A stretch of 64,000 nucleotides of DNA from Prorocentrum cordatum (Eukaryota), in NCBI GenBank assembly GCA_963575745.1, contig CAUYUJ010000270.1:434001-498000 (forward strand), read 5' to 3'. Every line of letters begins with the position of its first letter. The first letter of the stretch is position 1. Below are positions 21,956 through 34,789 of this stretch, one piece after another. The translations under genes were made by a program, and so were the position numbers. A model generated the notes under the pieces. The model did no database searches. It was not told where the DNA came from and saw nothing but the letters and a program-made list of their open reading frames with translations.

Positions 21956-24333
21956 CTCTTGGGGCATATGGCGGCTTACCCTGCCCTTTGTTTTTCTTCA
22001 TGCTCCCCCGCTTCCCTCATCACCTCCACTCCCCTGGGACTCATTTCTGGACGGGCTGATGGGGGTACTTTTTGATTGGCGGCTCCAAGGACATATCCAG
22101 GAAGCGGGACGGTCTCGACTGGGTTACAGGGCGAGATCATTAGCGGCGACTGTGCATAGGCCGACGCAGCAAATGCACGTGCCAGGGACAAAATGCCCCC
22201 CATTAAGATGCAGGCGACCCGGAAGCGGGGACGCAGGCATCATAAGGAAACGGACGGAGGAGAAGTCGCACAGTGGCGCCAGCTCAGTCCGTACCGACCA
22301 GCGCGCAAGGGCGTGGGTCACGCCGCGCTGTGGCAGCACGGAGGGGCCAGTGGGGCCGCGCCGTCCATCGCGACGAGGAGGCGAAGGAGCGGGGAACGGC
22401 GGCGGGCGCGAGGGCACGCGAGGACAGAAGAGGGAGGGGACCGAGGAACGCCTCACTCACAAAGACTCCTGGAAATACTCGGGCATGAGCGACCGACCTA
22501 TGCGAGGAAGCGTCGGCCCTGTCTTCCGAGTCCACAACCTGCAACTGCCTGACTCTGGAAGCCAGGGGGGTACAACTGCAATCACTGGTCGAGCACCACG
22601 GGCCACCCTGCGGGAGGGCCGAGAAGCACTGCCAAAGGATATACCACTTGCGCAGTAGCCAGAGCTCGAAGGCGGCGCCCGCCGTGGGAAGCGAGACAAC
22701 CGGGCTGTCGGCGCACAACGCGGGAAGCTCATCCGTCACGGGGGGCGGGGGCACAAAGATGCGAGCGTCAACCGTGGTAGCAGGGGCGGACCTGATGGGG
22801 GAACAACGGCGCCCTGTCAAAGGATGAACCACTTGTCAGGACAGCGCTCACCTCAGGTCCGGCCCCAGGCGGTGCCAGAGCGGGGCGGCGCGCCGGGCTG
22901 CGCCATGCCGTAGCCCAGCACCTGTAGCGCTGCGAACCGCTCCCAGTCCACGCGGGCGAATCGCGCCCGCTCCAGGGGCTGGAGGAGTCCGTGCCTGCGG
23001 GGACAGACTGCCGCAGACCTTGGCTGCCCAGATCATCGCATGGCATCCGCGCTGTCCGAACGCACCTCGGGGCCCTGCCAGTGAGCCCCCAGGTGTCCAT
23101 GGATGCCCGAGTGCTCCGGTGGAGCGGGTCGGCGGGGGGGAATTCGCTCGGCACTGTGCGCCGTATCAGCGCAAGAGGAGGAGGAGGAGGGGGGGCGCAG
23201 CCGATAGCCGCACAATCCAGTGAATAGACGGAGGAGGAGGGAGAGGCAACGCCAATGTCGAAGCTGCGCGGGCAGAGTGGCCTCTGCGATCCCTCCGCCG
23301 CTCCCAGCGGAGGGCCCTCAGCGACCGCGGGGGGAACAACGCGCCAGACCTCGGCGGGGGTCTGCGCTGTCACTTGCCCGGAGCAGCACAGCCTGGAGGA
23401 TGCACGTGAGGTGTTGCCACGTGAAGTGGCACGTCGGACGTGACCAAGGCCACCGAACTGGGATGGTCCGTCACATTGCAGCGCACCCAGGCGGGGCGCA
23501 CTTGGACGGGGGCGCAGCAAGAGCCGCAAAAAATGATGAGTGGTAAAGAATGGTGGAGCGCGTGGGGTGCGCCTCTGGCCAACATTCCCAGTCGCCCAAA
23601 GTAGGGGCCCCGGAGGGGCGGACATAGACGGACCCTCGCCCCGTGGGAATCGGGTCAAAGGGGGGAGCACGGGGGGGTGGATTATTTCAGCCACCGCCCC
23701 ACTGTCCAGGATGGGACCACGAGACCAGCGTGGGCTGTCTAGTACGCAGCGCATGGGTATTGGTGCACCTCTGCCCCATAAGAGGTAGCACGGGGGTATT
23801 AAGGCCAAGGCCTGGCGCTGCGGTGAAACCTGCCCCCATCAAGGTCAGGAGCAACCACGAGGGAAGCTGGGCCGTGGGGGACTGACACCTCACGCTGCCC
23901 TCAGCCCCCAATCCCTGCGTCGCTGTGCGAGGCAAAGGGCCGGTTGAGGACCACGGGGCTGCCAACCCAGCGGGCTCCGCCCGGAGCTGCGGGGTCCCAG
24001 ATGGCCCGCAGGGTCAGCGCGACGGAGACCACCTTGTATAGGGAGGGGAGGGGTTGTTCCCAGCTGCCCAATATCGATATTGCCCAGGAAGCACGCGTTG
24101 CGCTCCATGACGGGCCGAGCAGCAACTCTGAGAATCTACATTTTCTGGTGGAAGAAAAAGTTTGAGCCGCAGACACGCTGCGCGGGCCACCCTCCGCGGG
24201 AAGCAGGGGAGGGGGCGGGCGAGCAGGTGGGGGGGAAGCGGGTATCACGCACAGCGAAAGGTCCCAGACAAGGCGGGCCGACACCCCCGACCGGGGGGAG
24301 GGGGTGGGCACCAGCGGCCAGGCAATACCACGA

Positions 24334-24969
24334 TCACTTGGGGCAGAAGTCCCATCCCCGCTGACGCTTGTCTGCGTAGTGGGTTTCACCTCTGGGGGAG
24401 GACCACTTCCCCTTGGCCTTCCAATCCGCGTCGGCCCATGTGTCTCGCTGATGGCCCCACTCGTCCCATGACTGCCATTTACTCCAGGGTGCTGCCGATC
24501 CAGATGCACCTGTCCGTGCGGCAGCCCTGTCTTCAGTAGGCCATGGGGGGGTCTTTGTAGCCTCCTTGCCCTCGTCGGCCCACGGGGGTGGGCGTCCGCT
24601 TCCGATGGGCGCGTCGGCAGTGCGTACTCTGGTGTCGCGCTGCGTGAGTCTGCGCTGCTTCTCCATGCCGCTTGGCCAGTCGACGTGGAGCTGGTATTCT
24701 CTGTCCATCCTGTAGGCGTCGTATCCCAATTTGCTCCATGCCTGGAGGAAATCGTCGCAGTGCTGTACCGTGTTTCGCCTGGGGTCGGACTTGATGTTGG
24801 CCCAGGCGCTCCCTTGCCTATAGGCTGCCTTTCTGACCCAGGCGCTCCATGCCCCATTGAACGCGCCTCCCAGCGTCTTCTGCATTCGTGTGATCTTATA
24901 TGGTGCCGGCTCGTCCCTTGCGACGTCTGCATCGTCGATGGGTCTCAAGTACATGGGGAGGCCTCCCAT
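24334..24969 (-). CDS. Unknown domain with Trp-rich tail; probably the frameshifted C-terminus of the helicase polyprotein
   Basis: 211-aa protein-like ORF; linked to 25188-28868 via an in-frame TAG and ORF 24945-25157. Confidence 0.5.
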   Translation of the reverse strand: MGGLPMYLRPIDDADVARDEPAPYKITRMQKTLGGAFNGAWSAWVRKAAYRQGSAWANIKSDPRRNTVQHCDDFLQAWSKLGYDAYRMDREYQLHVDWPSGMEKQRRLTQRDTRVRTADAPIGSGRPPPWADEGKEATKTPPWPTEDRAAARTGASGSAAPWSKWQSWDEWGHQRDTWADADWKAKGKWSSPRGETHYADKRQRGWDFCPK

Positions 24970-25187
24970 GGGATCATCAGGGCGCGCTGGTGGGATTGCT
25001 GCGGTCCGTGCGTCGCGCCACCAGCCCTGGGCGTTGTGCCGCGGCCTGGTTGCGCTGCGAGGCGGTGTGGCTGAGCGTTCTCTGGTGCTGTCTTCGTCGG
25101 CTGTGGGTGGTCGGCGGCCCGCTTCGTTCCCCGATTGTCTAAGTGTCCTGCCGTCACTGACTGCGTGAAAGCTCCAGGTCCGCTCCT

Positions 25188-28100
25188 CTATAGGGCGGGC
25201 TTCGACCCTCCTCCATGCGCCACTGGGTGCTCCTCGATCAGTAGCCTGCGCAAATGGCGACCAAGCTTTCGAGTCGGCCCTGCGGGGGGGCTGGGTCCAG
25301 AGTGGGGGGGGGGGCTTTGGGTCGACTTCCGGTCGGTGGGTGCTGGGCCGCCGGCGTCGTCCTCCTGATGTGCAAGGCTGGCCTGCGACCCGGAGTCTGA
25401 GGTATCCGGCGGGCTGCCGTGTGCCTGGGCGTCTGGCTCGGATTTATTGTTGGCATCGTCATCCCAGTCAATCCCTTCCACGTCGCCGTCGCCATTCCAG
25501 TGCTCTGATGAGGGCGGCTCCTTTTCTGGGGCCCCATCGGGCTGGCCAGGTGCGTCGGGTTGTTGGGGGGAAACGTTTGCGCGGGTCGGGGAGGCGACGC
25601 GATCCCCAGCGTGCTGGTTGGTTGGGGGTGATTCCTTACACTGGGGCCTGTTGAGCCAGCTGGCGGCAGGAGACTCTTCTTCTGCCGTGCCTCTGGTCGT
25701 CGCATCCTGGGGCTGGGCGGCGAGGAGTTCAATCGTTCCTCTGGTTAGGTACTTCTCCAGCCTTGTGAGGAACTGCGTGGGGACATGCAACGGCTGTCGG
25801 TAGGGGCCCTGCCCTTTCTGATGATCGGGGTTGCTTGCGTAGCGCTCCCATTCCTCTTGATACTTTGGGTTGCTCTCCACCAAGTGTGAGACTACCCTGG
25901 CAGCTGCAGCCCTCTGTCCGTCCCATGGGATGCATGGGGGTTGGCCGTTGCTTGGGATATCCTCTCCGTAGATTGAATCCAGGAAGGGCAGCAATTGCTC
26001 GAAGGGCCATCCCGTTTCGTCAGTTACATCGCCCTCGATGCCCTTCCCCTGTTGCTGCGCGAAGGCCGCCCAGAGGGTGTAGGCTGCGTGGCTCCACTCG
26101 ATCAGGTACTTCACCAGGGCACGAACAGGGCCTCTCGACTCACCCCCTGCCAAGCGGAGGGTGGAACATGCTGGTAGCAGGGGCGCTGGGGGCGGCGGCA
26201 GGTCGGGAAAAGAGTGGTCGATGGAAGCTCCATCGGTTGAACCCCTTTGTTCACCGTGCACAGTGGGGGGCCGCGCCGACCAGTCATCGCGCGGTGGGAA
26301 AGGCGCGTCCGTGTCCGCGACTGGGGCCCTGCTGGCTGGGGAGAGGTGCGTAGACATGTCGTAGTTGTACCAGCCCTCGGGAATGTCAGTTGTGGCCTGC
26401 CGCATGGCAGGGATGGCAGGGTACACCTCGTTGGTGTAGTGGTCGAGTATGCGGTCGAGGACGCCCGGGGCAATGTTCCAGATGTGAACAAGGCACCTCC
26501 TGCAGGCCCATTCCGCGTTCCACTGCCGCGTGACCCATAGGAGGGGCATTGCGTCCCACGGCGGGAGTCCTGTCTGCTCGTTGCAGTTTGCTTCTGCCCC
26601 TGGGCGCCACATGAAGCATCCGAGGGCTGGACGGCCCGGCTTCCATTCCAGCAGGGGGGAACGGGGGGGGCAGCTGTCACGCGTGGCCGAGTGCATTTGG
26701 GCGCGGTGCGCTTCTGCACCAAACCTGCCGTCGGCAAGCCCGCGGGGTGGGAGGGCGGCGCCGGCACTGGATGGCCGGAAAGGGCGCGGCGCACGCATGA
26801 CGAGGCCCATCAGGGAGGAAGGGGCCGAGGCGTCGTTAGGCCGACCGAGCCCCAGCGGGAGGCTGGTCAGCGAAGGGAGGGTCCGAGCTCTCTTGCGCGC
26901 TCGGTCTTCTTCCATTCTGCGCTTGTACTCCTGCAGACGCTGCTGCATGGCCCTCTTGGCACCGCCTTCAGCCTGGTTGGGGCCAGGGACATGAACCCCC
27001 TTACTTCCCAGGGACCTGACCCAACACAGCTCGCAGAGCCATCTGCAGTTCTTTCCCTTCATGTATGCCTGTGCGCGGTTTTGAGCTAGCAGCTCACGGG
27101 TGTCGTCATCCTCCCAGGTGCCAGCTGCTCCCTGCAATCCCGTGCTGGGGCAGAAGTCGCAGTTGTAGCTGGCGTCCTTCTGCAGCCTGCAGAATCGCTC
27201 GTCCCGTACTATCGGGGGGGATAGCGCTGTACCTGGAGCTGGTGAGGCCGGGGGGTTTTCGTCAAGGCGGCGGTTGGACAACGCGACCCCGCCTCCTATG
27301 TACTGCAGGTCTGACATGGTGCGTGGACTGCCGAGCCCCTCCTCTGATCCGGTCAGCGCCTTGTGCAGCTGGCAGATGGGGCAGTCTCCACTGCTTAGCT
27401 GGTTGACATTCGCGGGCTGGACTATCACTTCCAGTACGCGCATGGGGGCCTCCAGGGTGAAGTCATGCTCCTGCATTCCTGCCCATATCTGAAGGCATTT
27501 GTGCGTCGCCGCAGTCTGATGGTGATGAGCGAAGGTGGCCAGCGTGCTGATATGGCGAATGACCTGCTCCATCTTGGCGTGGGGGGAGGCGAAGCCGGCA
27601 AGCTTGAAGCCCCACGCGGCAGCAAACTGGCTGCGAAATTCCTTGTGGGCCTCCTGCCACGGAAGGCAGAGACCCATCGCCGCTTCTATGATGTCACCTG
27701 TGGCCTCTGGATGTGGGAATGGCCAGAGTGTAGCGCGCGGCTCCCGCAGTTGCAGCATCATCGCCACAAGTAGGACTCTGAGCGTGGGGGCATTGAGTGC
27801 GCGCCCGTCGTTACCACGCAGGGCAGGCGTGATAATCGAATCGGCCTGTTCTGGGCGGAGCAAGGAGTGCAGGTGCTCCATCCCAGGGTGCACCCTGTGG
27901 CGTTTGCAGCTGCATGTGGCGGGGCCCCAGGCAGCGGGGAACTGGGGGAGCGCGCCGACGGGGGTGCACCTGCTTGAGGGCTTGGGGCGGCGATTGTTAC
28001 CAACAACGTGGGGCAGCGGGGGGAGTGAGGTGAGCGGGACACTCAGCTGCGTTGCGTGCCAAGGTGTGCCCAGTCCTCGGAACCAGACCAGGGCTGCCCA

Positions 28101-31100
28101 CGTCCGGTTGTATACCAGGTTGCTGGCGTCTATTCCGACCTCCACGTCCAAGCAATACCCCAGGTGGCTCCAGGCTTTCCTATCGAGACTGCCCGGCTGC
28201 CTGGGGGTGGCACCCATGGGCCACTGGTGGGGATGGAGCCCGGCGACCGTGTAGAGGATGATTCCCATTGTAGGGTCGTCGACAAGCTTCTGCATGCTGT
28301 CTGCGATGGCTTCGCCGAGCTTGTCCCAGGAGAACAGGGGATCGAGCGGTGCAGCGATGCGCTCCGCAAAGCTGTTCTCCATGGAGGTCTTGGCCTTCTT
28401 GACGGCGTCGCCTAGACCTCTCATGCTATCGCCCCCGGTGTGGGTGGGGGCGGCAGGTGTCCATGTGGTGAGGTCCTTGATGGGGTCAAGCTCCTCGTCG
28501 GTCTGCAGCCTTACCCTTGTGCCCAGGTCGGCCCCTTCGAAGCGGACCCAAAGTGTGGCAAACCTCCCGTGCTCCGAGACCTCCCGCAAGCGAGCTCTTG
28601 TGGCAGTTCCAAACATCCTTCCGTCCCCGAGAATGACCACGTTGGTGGTGGCGCGCGCGATCGCGACCTTCACTCTGTTGGGATTGTCCATGAAACCCCA
28701 GTCATGCCAGCTGTTGGACCGGGTGGTCAGGTAAATGACTAGATCTGCCTCCCCGCCCTGGCTGGAGTCTATGGTGGAGATGGTTAGCTTGCCGCTGGCA
28801 AGGTGCTCCTCTGCAATTTGTCGCAGCCCGGGGAAACGCAGGCCGATGCTGGTGAGGGGGAGCTTCATTGTGCGAACACGCGCTCGTGGTCCTTGGTGTC
28901 ATCGTCGTGCTCGGGGGGATGCGTGGGGTGACCTCCCGTCTTGGCTGGTCCGCCCTTGCCCTCCCCTTTATCCTTGGCCTTGGTCTGCCCGAGGGCGCCG
29001 CTGATGCTTCGCCCTGACTGGGGCCGACCGTCTCAAGGACTGCACATTGTAGCTGGTAGCCTACCACGAGGCGCACTGTCGTGCCGTTCCTCATGGCAGG
29101 CAGGAGCGCTCGCACCATGTCCACTGTCTGCGCGGCCTCTGGGAGGTTCGCATACCCCGAGTGCAGGTTGGAAGTGACCTCGAGGGAGGGGTTGTCCACC
29201 AGGAGGAATCGGTGCCTTTCTTCTGGACCCTGGGGTTCCGGTGCAAGGTCCCGCAGCATCTTCTCCAAGTCTTCCGAGGGGGTGGCCGTGGCTTCGGCTA
29301 GCGCTTCGAGCCTTTTGCTGTCCCAGGGCAGTAGCTCCCGCCATGGTAGTCCTTCAACTAGTGGCCTTTGCGCGAACGGGTCGGTGAGCCCCGACCGTAT
29401 TGAGTTATTGTAGAAGGCAACATTGGGCCAGGACAGGAGCAGGGGGTGCATGCGCTAGCAGAGGCTTAGTTGCACCACTGCTGATGTATCATCTCCCAGG
29501 GCGTTGTGCAGCCGATCGAATATGGAGATGCATAGCCCGAGGTCGGCTGCCTTTCTGGAAAGGACGGCGGGGGGAAGTTGTTTGGGGTCGCCCACCGGCA
29601 CCAGGTGTCTGCCGGAACGGATGACGCTGTCGAGCGACATGGCAGCCATCAGCTCGTGGGCCTGTCCTACTTCGTCGATGATGAGCAGGGCTATTGGTGC
29701 AGCATGCCTGAGGGCCTCCGCGGACTCGTGCGCCGCGATGATCGTCTTGGCGTCCCTAAGCAGCTGTGCACGGAAAGCATTGAACTCCTTGGAGGACCCG
29801 CCTTGGCGCGGGGGGCGATTGCGCGTTCCGTAGAAATTCCCCCCTGGGGTGAGCGGGGCAAGTCTCTGCGCCACCCGGGATTCTTTGGCCAGACGGACGC
29901 GCCTGTTGGGGAAGCTTGTCCTTTGTCCTAGTCTGCAGGCTTCGTGCGCACTCCCGAGGCCAATGGCAGGCTGGCCCGCTGCTGTGCTGGACCCGGCGGT
30001 CAGTGCAACTGCCTGTCCATCGGGGAGCGAGTCGGCCCAAGTGTCCATGGTGGCGACTGAAAAGACTGTCTTGCCAGTCCCCGGGGGCAATGTACGACTG
30101 CCGCGTGGCGTTGTCTGGTGGCGGCCAGGGCACGCGCCGCATCGTCGTTAAGTCGATGGCGCTTGGCGCCATCGTCAAGGGTGAGTGCTGGGGGGAGGTC
30201 TCTGACTCGCTGAAATACCTGCCCAGTAGCATTGTCCATTTCTTCGTCGGAGAACTTAAGGGCGCGTCGAATGGCTTCTCGTTCTGCTGCTGCGGGCTGG
30301 CAGCGCCAGTGTTCGCCACTGCCGGGGGTGTGCCTGGCAAGGTGCCTGGGCCCTGATGGTGGCCCTCGCTCGCGAGAGGGGGGAAATGCCGTGCGTCCTG
30401 ATTTTTTCAACGTCGTTGGCCAGAGTCCTGTTCTTCCTGTCGGTGGTTCGGAAGGTGAAGGGGAAGGAGATGACGTCGAGAGGCGTGCCCGCAAGGTCGT
30501 CTGGGGCCTGCTGCAGCTTGTAGATTTCGCTGATGGCATTGGAGATCCGCCAGTATTGCAGCGCGGGGGGTGCCTTGTCCAGCCTGCACCAGCCGCCCCC
30601 CTCCTTCTCTGGTTTGGGGCGCGCACCGTCGGGGTGGAACTCCCCAGATTTTCCCGCGTCGTACAAGGCCATGGCTTGGTTGGTGGGGAACTTGGCCCCC
30701 TGTCGTAGTCCCATGGCTTCGCAGTCGTGGAGGGGGATGGCGCTTCCGAAATCTGGGGGGCCAGGGAAGTTTGAGCGAAACAACCTGGTCCGCCGTTGGG
30801 CTGGTGATGTTGAGAAGCATCGTGCGAGCTTCCTGCCCACCCTCCTGCCTTCTGAACAGAATCTTGAACTCTCTTGGCCATTGCAGGTGCAGCAGCAGCT
30901 TCCCCTCCTGGGTGGGAAATGCGTCGCGCAGCCTGTACTTGTCTAGGAGTTCGCAGGGGGTCTGCTCATTGATGGGGGTGACCGACGCGGCAAGCGCGCA
31001 GCTCTGCCTTCGTACCAGGTCCGTTCTGGCCTTGGCAGAGCCGTCCCACGCGGTTTCGGTGGCTGCCATGCACGCGGCCCAGGCCAGCCTGTCCAGGGCG

Positions 31101-32036
31101 TTCCCTCTTTGTCGTAGATCCTGCTCCCAGTGCTTCGGGAGGCCCACCCCGGAGGGGACCGAGCCCAAGGGGGATGTGGAGGCGGAATTGGGCTCCCGGG
31201 CTGCTGGCGGGGACAGCGTCAATCCGGGTGATGGCGTCTGCTGCTGCAGCCGCTGATGACTCCATTATCGCCTGTCCGCTCAGGGGGGGGAGGTCGCCCG
31301 GCCAGTCGTCTCCGCCCTCGCGCGAGGGTCTCGCCCGATCCATTGAATCCTGAGAGGAGGCCCTGCTGGGCGCATTGGCCCGTCTCCCCCTCGGGAGCGG
31401 CGAGGTGGATGGCCACCCTAGTGGGGCGGGGGGCGCATCTGTGGGTGGTGGTGGCGGCGGTGCTGAGCCCCCCCAGGCTCTGACCGTGCTCCAAGGTGTC
31501 ACACCCCAACCCCCTCGGCACTGGCCGGGCGGTCGTAGGTCTGTCGAGTGAACGGCGTCAAGGGAGATGGAGAAGTCGAGCGAGTCGTTGCGGAAGGGGA
31601 AATTGACAGGGACGTAGTCCCAGTCTTCTGGAAAGCTCCACCCTGGCAGATGTGAAAGTGGGCCCGCCTTCACTGGGCCTGGCAGCTCCCAGCCGGGCCA
31701 TAAGTGCCTGTCAATGGTGCGTTTGGTCACCTTGTCTACACTCTGACCCAAGGTCCTGGTCCAGATATTGCCTTGGTCGGTATAATGCCTAGGAGTCTGG
31801 CCACTTTGTGCCCCGCTGCTTCGCTGCCTCCTCGGCATGGTCTCCTCCCAGGAGGTGTTCTTTGCCTTCGCAGTATCTTTGGCACACCTCGCACCACCAG
31901 CACCATTCATGGTTGAAGTGCGCTTATCTGAGCCATGGGCACTCTCGCGCACAGAAAGGAAATAGGCCATCAACCTTGCCCGGGCCCTGAGCACGGGGTT
32001 CGGTGGGGGAAGGCCATCTGGCCAGTGGCCCGCCAT
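25188..32036 (-). pseudogene. Upf1/SMUBP2-family SF1 helicase polyprotein (AAA_11/AAA_12), frameshifted; helicase core ~28600-30150
   Basis: RLND...(C)PPGTGKT, IIDEVGQ, VGDPKQLPP, SIFDRL, RMHP, YANLPEA, GYQLQ, TIDSSQGGEADLVI, RSN, GFMDNPNRVKVAIARA. Confidence 0.88.
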
Positions 32037-32144
32037 TGCTCTTCTTCGTCATCCCGCAGAAAAAGGGGGGAAGTGCAGCCGAGAGCCGCAGAGCTGGAAA
32101 ATGTGGGTGGTGGAGGACGAACTTGAGCCGCGGCAGAGATGACC

Positions 32145-32800
32145 TCAGTGGTCGCAGGAATCGGCCGATCGGCGATCCGATCGGGGCGGAGCAGAGGGGG
32201 GAGGGGAGGGGGGGCATTCCAGCAGGAGAGCGGCCTCAGCCGCTTCCGCGGGGTCGCATAGGTTGATCTCCCGTAGGTCGATGCTGGGAAAATGCTCGGG
32301 CTGGGAGGGGGCGTCACTCGCCCAGTGTACGTGTGAGGTGACGGCGGTCACGCCTTCCTTGCGGAGGGCACCCGCCCAATATACCCCGATGGTGGCCAGG
32401 CTGTCCGCGGCCTTGTTTAGCCTCCGTCTGACCGCTTGCCACGTGGGCACCCAGCCAGCACCTTCTGCCTGCCCAAGGGCGCCCTCCATCTGCTGGGCCA
32501 GATGGAGCCTTCGGCACCTGGCGGCACCAGCGCCGTATCGGACCGCTGCGAGGTTGTCGCCGACAATCCGGGCCGTCCGGATTGGGCCCTTGAGGTGGGG
32601 GAGCAGCGCCAACCCGGCTCGGCAGCCTGCCACTTCCGCCATCTGTGCATTGTCGCAGTCGGGAAGTGCGACGATGGCAATGGCCAGGGCCCGGGGGATG
32701 CCAGTGTTGGGATTGCGATGCCACGGGATGGTCCCAGCGCCGGAGACTTTGCCCGCGCCTTCGATGGACCTTGCGCCACCGTCGAAGGTGACTTCATAGG
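32145..32800 (-). CDS. RNase H1 domain of the LINE polyprotein
   Basis: TFDGGAR..GAG, NAQMAE, IVGDN, VRRRLNKAADSLA (D-E-D-D tetrad). Confidence 0.9.
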
Positions 32801-33484
32801 GCCATCGGGTGGAGTTGGAATCGGGGAAGGGCGAGCTGCGGACAGTGACCTCGTCGCCTGGCTCCAGGCACGCGTTGGCGATCAGCGTGGTGGTGTGGAG
32901 CCCGCACTCCCGACCGAAAGCTGAGGACCATCTGGCGGTGGGAGAGTCGTCGGTCCTAGGGCAGGGGAACCAACTGTTTCCTGGGGGCATCCATGCAGCC
33001 CGAGTCTGGGGCGCTTGTAGGACCACGATTATATCCCCCGGGTTGTGGTGTCTGGTGACAACAGGGAGTCTGCGGATCTCACCTCCTGCCCTACGTGCAT
33101 GTCGCTGCAAGTGGGGCCTCGCGGCGCCACAGATCGCTCTTTCGGGGGTGGTGCACGGGTTGCAAGTGCGGCAGGTGTCGCGCAGGACGGTCCAGACGGC
33201 TGTCTCGTCTGGGTTGCTGCTCCTGGGGGGCTCGTCCACCCCGAGCCCCTCCTCCTCGCTGTCACCTTGCTGGTCGATGTCGGTGGCCACTATGCCGCGC
33301 AAAATGAGTCTGGCGGCTTCGACGGCCTCAAGGGGGGAGGCGGTGAGGTTGACGCAGTACCTGAGGGGAATTTGGTGCAGCACTTTGGCAAGCATAGGTT
33401 GGTGTTCGCCGCTGCTGGCGATTGCTTGGGCGAGGGTTGGTGGGGTCGTCTGAGCCCCGTATGGTGCGCCAGGCTAGTGCCGCG

Positions 33485-33550
33485 GCTGGGCACCAGTGCC
33501 AGACGTGCTCCGTGGTCGCTTCTCCGAGCCCACAGAGTGGGCAGCGCCCG
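33485..33550 (-). other. LINE-type CCHC zinc knuckle
   Basis: CPLCGLGEATTEHVWHWCP between RT and RNase H. Confidence 0.8.
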
Positions 33551-34789
33551 TGCGGTCCGCTTCTGTTGGGAGGTTGTAGGTGCCCCCGCGTGCTTGTGTA
33601 GGCCTCGGCCTGGTCCCTTAGGGAAGGGGGGGATAATTTCAGGGGGCAGGGTCTGCCAGAGAGCGGATGCATGTGGGCCTGTGCCGATGCATCTCGCGCA
33701 CCAGGCAGCGCCCTCGTCGTCGGGGCCGGCGGTGATCCATGCGTTTCTGGCTGGTGCTCCGCATGGGCACCTGTGTGGTATTCTTTCGTCGTCGCCCCTT
33801 CGTCTTGCCGAGCCAGGTAGACCGCTGCTGAGGGCCCTAATCACGTGGTGCGCTTCAGTGAAGGAGGTGCAGCGGTGTAGCAACTGCCATTCCTCCCCGT
33901 TAAAAGGTTGCCATATCCTTCCTTGGCTGGCTTCCAGGAACCATCTTGTGAAGTTTTGGCTGTGCATCGGGGCCCGTGCGGCCGTGTAGGAAATCCTGCC
34001 GACATGTTTGCCTTCGAGGAGGTCGGGTTGCCGTTTAGCGCGCTGCAGGGCCCGCGCGGCTTTCCGTTCGGAGATCATCTTGGGTCTTGGGGGGAACGCC
34101 GCAGGCTCCTGAGCTGCACGGTTTCCCCCTTTCAGCAATTTGTCCCACCTGGTGCTGGCTCGCTCCCTGACAGGGAAGGGCCCCCAGAAATCGCTGAGGG
34201 CGTGTGCTCTGGCAGCGACCGCGCAGGCAGTCGCGACCGGGCACCTGGGGGCGCCCAGTGCCTGGAAGCGAATGCCCACTCCCGTGAGGACAAAGTCAAG
34301 GACCCAGGAGGACCCGGCCAGACCAAGAGCGGTCCTTAGTTGGGCACGTAGTTCGCGCACTTGCACAACGTCGGGGAGGGCGTAGCGAGCAGCGTGCGGC
34401 GCCAGTGAGACCAGGTGCGCATTCCAGGCGGCGGCCGTGCGCGAGGGGGGCATCTTTGCCAGGTGCAGAGCCATTGCTCTTTCTCTGATCTTGGGAAGGG
34501 GGCGGTCCCATGTGCCTTTGCATATAGGGCGTCTTCCTGCTCTTTAGTGGGCCCCCCGTTCGATGGAGGCCCATCGCTTCCCGCGGCGCGGGGAACCCCC
34601 ACTGCCCCCAGGTAGGGCCACTGGTCCCGCGCTGAGGAACCTCCGAAGGGAGTGTGCTCCATGAGGGCTCGCCACCACTCGTGATTGCCGGCTGGGACAA
34701 GGGCTGCATTGAAAGCGCGGCTGCAAGTGCGTTGATAGGGGGTGCAGCAGTTGGGTCGGCACTGCCCTGCGCTGCATACCACGAGTGTC

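Noticed and set aside
21960..22080. Poly(A) tail or TSD for the giant LINE
   Set aside because: Only short T-runs and no duplicated target found; element ends remain approximate
24155..24175. Dinoflagellate spliced-leader relic (GGCTCAA on minus strand)
   Set aside because: Only 7 nt match; CCATTTT part absent
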